Positions 56,289 to 64,000 of a stretch of DNA of 64,000 nucleotides are shown here, piece by piece. Source of the DNA: Sphingomonas sp. (GTDB lineage: Bacteria; Pseudomonadota; Alphaproteobacteria; Sphingomonadales; Sphingomonadaceae); contig DATLJH010000009.1 in assembly GCA_035538935.1 (NCBI GenBank), positions 18,378 to 82,377 of the forward strand. Direction: 5' to 3'. Both the position numbers and the translations under genes were made by a program. Every line of letters begins with the position of its first letter. Within the stretch, counting starts at the first letter, position 1. The notes under the pieces are model-generated. The model saw only the letters and a program-made list of their open reading frames with translations, did no database searches and was not told the origin of the DNA.

Positions 56289-56867
56289 TCAATAGCCCGC
56301 CTGGTGAAGCTGATTGCGCCAGAAGGCCAGCGAGCTGGTGGGCGCATTCGGGCGCGGCGCGGCGGGCTTGCCCTCGCGCAGGCGCTTCTTGTCGCGCTCA
56401 GGCGGATCGACGACGCGAACGCGCACCGGAGCGGTGCCCGCGGCGCGGATGCCGAGCTGCTCGGCGGCACCCTTGCTCAAGTCGATGATGCGGCCGCGTG
56501 CGAAGGGGCCGCGATCGTTGATGCGGACGAGAATGGTGCGGCCGGTCTGGAGCGAGGTGACCTCGACATAGGTGGGCAGCGGCAGCGTCTTGTGCGCGGC
56601 GGTGATCGCGCCGGGGCGGAATTTCTCGCCGTTCGCGGTCATGTTGCCCGATTCGCTGCCGTACCAGCTCGCATAGCCGAGCATGTCGTAGCCGGGATCG
56701 GCGGCGGGGACGTAGGTGGTGCCGCGCACGGTATAGGGGCGGCCGATCTTCACGGGCGTGTCGCTGACGGGCTTGTAGCCGCCGGCGCACGCCGCGAGCG
56801 CGGTAAGCGCGAGGAGGGGGAGGAGGCGAGCGAGCCTGGGCGGCAGGAGGGGGAAAGTGCGGCTCAT
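56289..56867 (-). CDS. rlpA: RlpA-family septal ring lytic transglycosylase lipoprotein
   Basis: Lipobox LAAC; GYASWYG, TAAHKTLPLPTYVEVT, RINDRGPF..GRIIDLS. Confidence 0.88.
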   Translation of the reverse strand: MSRTFPLLPPRLARLLPLLALTALAACAGGYKPVSDTPVKIGRPYTVRGTTYVPAADPGYDMLGYASWYGSESGNMTANGEKFRPGAITAAHKTLPLPTYVEVTSLQTGRTILVRINDRGPFARGRIIDLSKGAAEQLGIRAAGTAPVRVRVVDPPERDKKRLREGKPAAPRPNAPTSSLAFWRNQLHQAGY

Positions 56868-58768
56868 GGGACGATCGGGAGCTCGATATAGCTTCCCATC
56901 GCGCCGCCGTGCTGCACGCCGATCGTGGCTTTGCGGTAATCGGCGGGCTGGGCGTCGAAGATGTTGGGGACGAAGGTCTGCGGGTTGCGATCGTAGAGCG
57001 GGAACCAGCTCGACTGGACCTGCACCATGATGCGGTGGCCGGGCAGGAAGACGTGGTTGGCGTTGGGCAGGGCGAATGTGTAGCTCAGCGTCTCGCCCGG
57101 CGGGATCGGTTTGGGATCGGACAGGCTCTCGCGATAACGCCCGCGCAGGATGTCCATCGCGACGGCGAGCTGATAGCCGCCGAGTTCGGGCTTCTCCGCG
57201 ACTTCATCGGGATAGACGTCGATCAGCTTGACGACGAAATCGCCGTCGGTGCCGGTGGTTGAGGCGAACAGATCCGCGACCGCGGCGCCCGAGATCGCGA
57301 CCGGCTTCGTCAACGGTTCGGTCTGGTAGACGAGGACATCGGTGCGATCCGAGAAAGGACGCTGGTCGTCGACCAGCCACTGGCGCCAGGTCGAGCCGCG
57401 CGCGTAGGTCGGGCGGATCGGGCGGACGCGATAGGGGATCGGCTTGGCGGGATCGGAGACGTAGCTGTCCATCCCTTCGGCCGCGGGCGGGGTGAAGGTG
57501 AGCGTGCCGTTGGCGCCGAAATAGAGGCGCTGCATCGGGTACGCGCAGGTCGCAGCGCAGGCGATGGGCCAGTTTTGCAGCTTCTGCCATTCATTGCCGC
57601 CGGTCTGATAGGCGAGAACGGGCGGCAGGTTCGCGGGCGGCGAGCCTGGCTTGAGCTGCGCGTTCAGGAAAGGCAGCAGCACGTTGTGGCGGAACCAATA
57701 AGAGGTGTCCGCGTGGTAATCGAGCGGGCCGAGCGTGCTGCCGTCGCCCGCCCATTGGCCGTGATACCAGGGACCGAGGACGAGGTGGTTCACGCCGTTC
57801 GGGTCGTGCGGCGTCACCGCCTCGAACGCGGCGACGGCGCCGTAAATATCCTCCTGGTCCCATTGGCCGGCGATCCAGAGCGTCGGCACGGTCTGCGGCT
57901 GCTTGGCGAGGATGTCCTCAAGTGCCTGCGCCTTCCAGAAATCGTCATAGGCGGGGTGGTCGTGGAGCTTGCGGACGAAGCCGAGCTGGTCGAGCCCGCG
58001 CGATTTGACGAAGCCCGAGGCGCTGCCGGCGCGCAGGAAGGTGTCGTAATCGTCATAGGCGTCGCGCCACAGGTCGCCGTTCGAGCCCTTGGCGCTGTCC
58101 TGGCTGTAATAATAGTCATAGCCGATCATGCGGAAGGCGCCGCCGTGGAAATCGTCGTCGCCCTTGTAGGTGTTGATCACCGGATTGGCGGGAACGGCGG
58201 CCTTGAGCGCCGGATGCGGATTCACCAGCGCCATCGCCACCATCATGCCGTCGTAGCTGGTGCCGATCATGCCGACGCGGCCGTTCGCCTCTTTCACGTT
58301 CTTCACCAGCCAGTCGATCGTGTCCCAGGCGTCGGTCGAGTGATCGACCCTGGTGGGATTTGCGGGGCCGCGCAGCGGGCGTTCGTTGACGTAGATGCCT
58401 TCGGAGCCGTGCTTGCCGCGGATGTCCTGCCAGACGCGGATGTAGCCCGCATCGAGGAACATCGCGTCGCTGCGCCGGACCATGGAATCGATATGCGCGC
58501 TCGCGCCGAGGCCGGGATCGGCGCCATAGGGCGTGCGCTGGAGCAGCATGGGCGCGTCGTGCGTGCCCTTCTTCATCACGATGACGGTGTGGAGCTTGAC
58601 CCCGTCGCGCATCGGAATCTCGACCGCGCGCTCGACATAGTCGAAGCTGGCGTCGGCCGGCTTGAAATCGGTGTTCATGTCGGTGGGCAAGGATTGCCCG
58701 GCAGCCGGTGCGCCCGCCGCCAGCGCAACCGCGAGCCCGATCGTCAGTGAAATGCCCCAACCCCGCAT
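56864..58768 (-). CDS. CocE/NonD-family hydrolase (alpha-amino acid ester hydrolase-like)
   Basis: Signal peptide; IPMRDGVKLHT, QDIRGKHGSEG, nucleophile GTSYDG, GPWYHG, QVQSSWFPLYDRNPQ. Confidence 0.9.
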   Translation of the reverse strand: MRGWGISLTIGLAVALAAGAPAAGQSLPTDMNTDFKPADASFDYVERAVEIPMRDGVKLHTVIVMKKGTHDAPMLLQRTPYGADPGLGASAHIDSMVRRSDAMFLDAGYIRVWQDIRGKHGSEGIYVNERPLRGPANPTRVDHSTDAWDTIDWLVKNVKEANGRVGMIGTSYDGMMVAMALVNPHPALKAAVPANPVINTYKGDDDFHGGAFRMIGYDYYYSQDSAKGSNGDLWRDAYDDYDTFLRAGSASGFVKSRGLDQLGFVRKLHDHPAYDDFWKAQALEDILAKQPQTVPTLWIAGQWDQEDIYGAVAAFEAVTPHDPNGVNHLVLGPWYHGQWAGDGSTLGPLDYHADTSYWFRHNVLLPFLNAQLKPGSPPANLPPVLAYQTGGNEWQKLQNWPIACAATCAYPMQRLYFGANGTLTFTPPAAEGMDSYVSDPAKPIPYRVRPIRPTYARGSTWRQWLVDDQRPFSDRTDVLVYQTEPLTKPVAISGAAVADLFASTTGTDGDFVVKLIDVYPDEVAEKPELGGYQLAVAMDILRGRYRESLSDPKPIPPGETLSYTFALPNANHVFLPGHRIMVQVQSSWFPLYDRNPQTFVPNIFDAQPADYRKATIGVQHGGAMGSYIELPIVP

Positions 58769-58841
58769 AGATGCCCCGCTTTTCTCGTCGCGCGGAAGCG
58801 GTGCCACAGAGCGCGCGACCCTGCCAAGGATTTTGCGGCGG

Positions 58842-59426
58842 TCAGTTGTGGGCGTAGGCGTCGATGAGCGCGCCAACGAAATCGGGATCGCGACCCGTGA
58901 GGTCGGTCGACGCGTGGGCCTTGTAGACGGTGGCGGGGGCGTCCGCCGCGGGTGTGGGATAGATGAAGCCCGAGACCGGATAGGTCGAGCCGCCGAGGCC
59001 GTCCATGTCGCGATACCAGACGCGGACCCGGCTCCAGTCGTTGCGGGGTGAGACGTCGTAGAGCGTCACGTCCTGCTCGGCATGGCCGCGCTCACCGTCG
59101 ACGCGCGACCAGTTGGCGTGCGTCACCAGCGCGACGCGGGAATCGACGATGCGGCTGATCACCGCGACATGACCGAGGCGGAGCTTGGCGGACTTGGCGA
59201 AAACGATCACCGAACCGACGCGCGGCTCATGCCCGCGCTTGTAGCGGCCCTCGGCCTGGCCCCACCACGTCCAGGCGTCGCCATAGATCTGGATGCCCGA
59301 CGCGGCGCGCGCGAAGGGGACGCATTGGCCGACATAATCGAGCAGCGAGCTGGCCCCGACCGGACGGGTCGGCACCATCATGGCGAGCGCGATCAGGGCA
59401 GGGAGGCGAACCGGGGGGAATCGCAT
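58842..59426 (-). CDS. CHAP-domain peptidoglycan hydrolase
   Basis: Signal peptide; catalytic Cys in QCVPFAR, GDAWTWW, catalytic His in LGHVAV, THANW. Confidence 0.85.
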   Translation of the reverse strand: MRFPPVRLPALIALAMMVPTRPVGASSLLDYVGQCVPFARAASGIQIYGDAWTWWGQAEGRYKRGHEPRVGSVIVFAKSAKLRLGHVAVISRIVDSRVALVTHANWSRVDGERGHAEQDVTLYDVSPRNDWSRVRVWYRDMDGLGGSTYPVSGFIYPTPAADAPATVYKAHASTDLTGRDPDFVGALIDAYAHN

Positions 59427-59475
59427 GGGTACGCACACTGACTCAACCACATGGGGAAACGGTGAGCGGAAATGG

Positions 59476-59490
59476 TTAACAAAAAGTTAA
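59476..59490 (-). promoter_or_regulatory. CtrA-type binding site (TTAA-N7-TTAAC)
   Basis: The minus strand reads TTAA-CTTTTTG-TTAAC, 50 bp upstream of the CHAP start. Confidence 0.65.
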
Positions 59491-59517
59491 TGCCGATTTG
59501 GGGCGGATCGAAACACG

Positions 59518-59601
59518 CGTCATCGCGAGGCGCGTAGCGCCGTGGCAATCCAGCGGCTCCCGTCGGCTGGATCGCCGCGCCCCTTCGGGGCTCGCAATGG
59601 C
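59518..59601. repeat. REP-like palindromic element
   Basis: CGTCATCGCGAG...TGGCAATCCAG ... CTGGATCGCCG...CTCGCAATGGC, with an internal CCCCTTCGGGG hairpin. Confidence 0.6.
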
Positions 59602-59603
59602 AA

Positions 59604-60452
<849 letters not shown>

Positions 60453-60528
60453 GCGGCGATCCCGATCGTTTCGACTATCGGGTATGGCATAGGGGCGATG
60501 GCGCGCGGCGCGCAAGCCGCGCGGCGGA

Positions 60529-61194
60529 TCAGGAACGGTTGCGGGCGGCGGCGCGCGATTCGAGCAGATCCCACAGGCCGCGATGCTGGGCGAGTACCTG
60601 CTCGGCGCCGAACAGGATCGCCCGCTCGACCGCCGGCGTGGTGAAAGCCGATGCGAGCAGCGTGGTGGTGTCGGCCTCGATCGGCAGCGTCTCGGGCGCG
60701 GCGTCGATCCCGAAGCGGTTGGCGGCGATATCGAGCAGCGCACGGATCGACCTCCAGTCGAGCACGAGCGCGACCGCGGCGCCGATCGCGCAGCCGGTGC
60801 GGTCCGATTGCGCGAGCGTATCGAGCGCGTGCGCCTGCGCGACGATCGCGGCTTCCGATTCGGCCTGACCCGGAGTCGAGGGCAGCGGGCCCGCGGCGGC
60901 GACGAGGCGGACGAGATAGGATCGCTCGGCGGCGAAGGCTCGCGCGGCTTCGGTGAGCCAGGCCTCGGCGGATTTGTCGGGGCCGTGCGCGAGCGCGAAA
61001 TCGACGACGCCGGGATGACGGCCATGGAGCATGCACAAAGCGTGGACCGCATCGACCACGTCGCGCAGCGGCGCGGCGGGCGCGAGCAGCGCGCGCCAGG
61101 CGGGATGCGCGCCGGTGCCGTCCGCGGAGACGAGCGCGGGCACCGCCTGCCACGAGGCGCCGGACTGTGCGAACTGGACCGTCTCGATCGTCAT
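60529..61194 (-). CDS. Hypothetical helical protein
   Basis: Natural amino acid composition, co-oriented with its neighbours; LHGRHPGVVD, CAIGAAVALVLDW, QHRGLWDLLE. No family recognised with confidence. Confidence 0.6.
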   Translation of the reverse strand: MTIETVQFAQSGASWQAVPALVSADGTGAHPAWRALLAPAAPLRDVVDAVHALCMLHGRHPGVVDFALAHGPDKSAEAWLTEAARAFAAERSYLVRLVAAAGPLPSTPGQAESEAAIVAQAHALDTLAQSDRTGCAIGAAVALVLDWRSIRALLDIAANRFGIDAAPETLPIEADTTTLLASAFTTPAVERAILFGAEQVLAQHRGLWDLLESRAAARNRS

Positions 61195-61299
61195 CGAATC
61201 CTTCCTGAAGCCGTGCGTGCCCGATACGCTACGGGGCACGCATGCTTCTTCGCCCCGACATCTATACCGAAGCGCGTAAAGACAGGGTTAGCGCGGCAT

Positions 61300-62232
61300 T
61301 CACTCTGTCGGTTCGCCGCCTTCCCGGGGCGATCCGTCGACAAGCATGTAGCGCGCCGAAACCAGGCCGTGCGGCGTATCGGCGCGAGCGAGAGCGAGGG
61401 TGACGGGCACCGGTTCGGCGCCGTGGCGGAGCAGAATGGTGTCGATATGCGCGCGTTGCGCGCGCTCGAAGACCGCATCGATCGCGGCGTTGACGCGGGG
61501 ACGGTCGGCGACGTCGATCAGGCTGGTGAGGCGCACACCGCGCAATTGATCCTCGGGCACGCCCGCCATCTTCGCGAGCGATCCGGCGACGCCCTCGATC
61601 AGCCCGCGCGCGGTGAGACGCCCGGTCGCGACCCGACCGCTCGCCTCGCACAATTCGGATAGGCGATCGGCGCTGGTGCGCGCAGCGGCGAGATCGTCGG
61701 CGAGCGACATATCCTCGAAGAACAAGGCGATGCCGCGATCGAACGGCGTGAATTGCGCCTGGAGCCGCCGGTGCGCGAACAGGCTCGATTCGAAATCGAC
61801 CGCCTCGGCGATGCCGGTATCGCGCACGCGCGCGGCGGCGTCGACGATCAGCGCGCGGCGCGGCTCGGGCACGATGGCTGCAAGCGGGCGGCCGACCGCG
61901 TCGCGGTCGGAAAGGCTGAGATAGGCCCGCGCCGCGGCGTTGATCGCAGTGACGACGAGCTCGGCATCGAGCACGATCATCATCGTGCGCATGTGATCGA
62001 GCGTGATGTCGTGGAGTGCCGCCAGCCGCGCGGCGTGGGTATCGTGATCGGCGTCGTCGGCGAGGCTCGACAGGAGCGGCATCGACATCAGCGCCCAGCG
62101 CGGGCTGCCGTGGTGCAGGATGAAGACGGGACGCTCGTTCGCGACGGTCTGCCAATGGCCGAAGCGGCGGACGAGCTGCGAGGCCGAGACGCGGTCGGCG
62201 GCACGAAGCGCCCGCATGGTTTCGATCGACAT
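61300..62232 (-). CDS. PAS-domain protein with a Phd/YefM-like N-terminus
   Basis: N-terminal VSASQLVRRFG...PVFILHHGSPRWALMS; then MIVLDAELVVTAINAAARAYL...AVGRPLAAIVP (PAS) and a second PAS-like repeat. Confidence 0.65.
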   Translation of the reverse strand: MSIETMRALRAADRVSASQLVRRFGHWQTVANERPVFILHHGSPRWALMSMPLLSSLADDADHDTHAARLAALHDITLDHMRTMMIVLDAELVVTAINAAARAYLSLSDRDAVGRPLAAIVPEPRRALIVDAAARVRDTGIAEAVDFESSLFAHRRLQAQFTPFDRGIALFFEDMSLADDLAAARTSADRLSELCEASGRVATGRLTARGLIEGVAGSLAKMAGVPEDQLRGVRLTSLIDVADRPRVNAAIDAVFERAQRAHIDTILLRHGAEPVPVTLALARADTPHGLVSARYMLVDGSPREGGEPTE

Positions 62233-62677
62233 ACGATTTTTCCTTCCAACAGACGCCGACGAACGGCGCATCGGAAGGGCTAGCGACTCCGTGCGGAACC
62301 GGCGTCGTCGGGTGGCTCCGTTTTCAAGCGATTCGAAAGAGTTGAGTTGCCTTGGCGGGAGAATTTCAGTCCGGAACGGATCAAGTCGCACGCCAAGTGC
62401 GCAACGGGCGCCCGTCGGCGCGGTAATTGCGGGCACGGCACAGGCGATGTTCGGCAGCGCGGCGACGCATTTTGCGTGATTGCCCGAAAATCATGGTTGT
62501 CGCCGCCGTAACCGGCCACTCGACATAACCGATGCATCGTCGAGCCGGGTCGAAGGGTCGAGCGCCCTGATCCGAAAAGCCCGGTTCGGCGAACAAAGAT
62601 TGCAGGCGGTTTCCGTCCCCGCGGGCCGCTTGCAGGGCGCTCTGTTCCGGCTCCATCCACCCGGGAAAGGGCGAATG

Positions 62678-62709
62678 GCCCCGGCAGGAACGATCCTTCC
62701 TGCCGGGGC
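62678..62709 (-). terminator. Hairpin downstream of rpoD
   Basis: GCCCCGGCAGGAA-cgatcc-TTCCTGCCGGGGC, a perfect 13 bp stem; a second 8 bp stem lies at 62729-62749. Confidence 0.55.
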
Positions 62710-62776
62710 TTCATTCATCTCGAACGTCATGCCGGAGCGGTTCCGGCATCCGTCGTTACGCAGGCGCCGCGGCCTA

Positions 62777-64000
<1,224 letters not shown>

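Noticed and set aside
61287-61302. Second CtrA-like site
   Set aside because: Two mismatches to the consensus; not listed as a feature and mentioned only as weak context.

Overview
GC-rich alphaproteobacterial DNA, most consistent with a Sphingomonas-like organism (inferred from gene content, a CtrA-type box and REP-like elements). About 51 kb (1-51292) is one carbohydrate-utilisation region. It encodes glycosidases (GH106, GH78, GH28, GH95, a GH140/DUF4038-like protein, a BNR sialidase-like protein and an orphan clan GH-A enzyme), a CE15 esterase, two TonB-dependent receptors and two MFS permeases. It also encodes four regulators and catabolic modules for D-apiose, L-rhamnose, L-fuconate, hexuronates and probably L-galactonate. 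This set matches the rare sugars of pectic rhamnogalacturonan II. Unexplained parts of the region are a CoA-dependent module (two class III CoA-transferases, a MaoC hydratase and a leaderless solute-binding-fold protein) and a flavin-dependent halogenase that shares a candidate operator with fucose genes. From 51354 onward the genes look core: rimO, namZ, MoxR/vWA, rlpA, a CocE/NonD hydrolase, a CHAP hydrolase with a CtrA-type box, a Phd-like/PAS fusion and partial rpoD. No rRNA, tRNA, CRISPR array or transposase was recognised. All family calls come from motifs read by eye and no database search was run.
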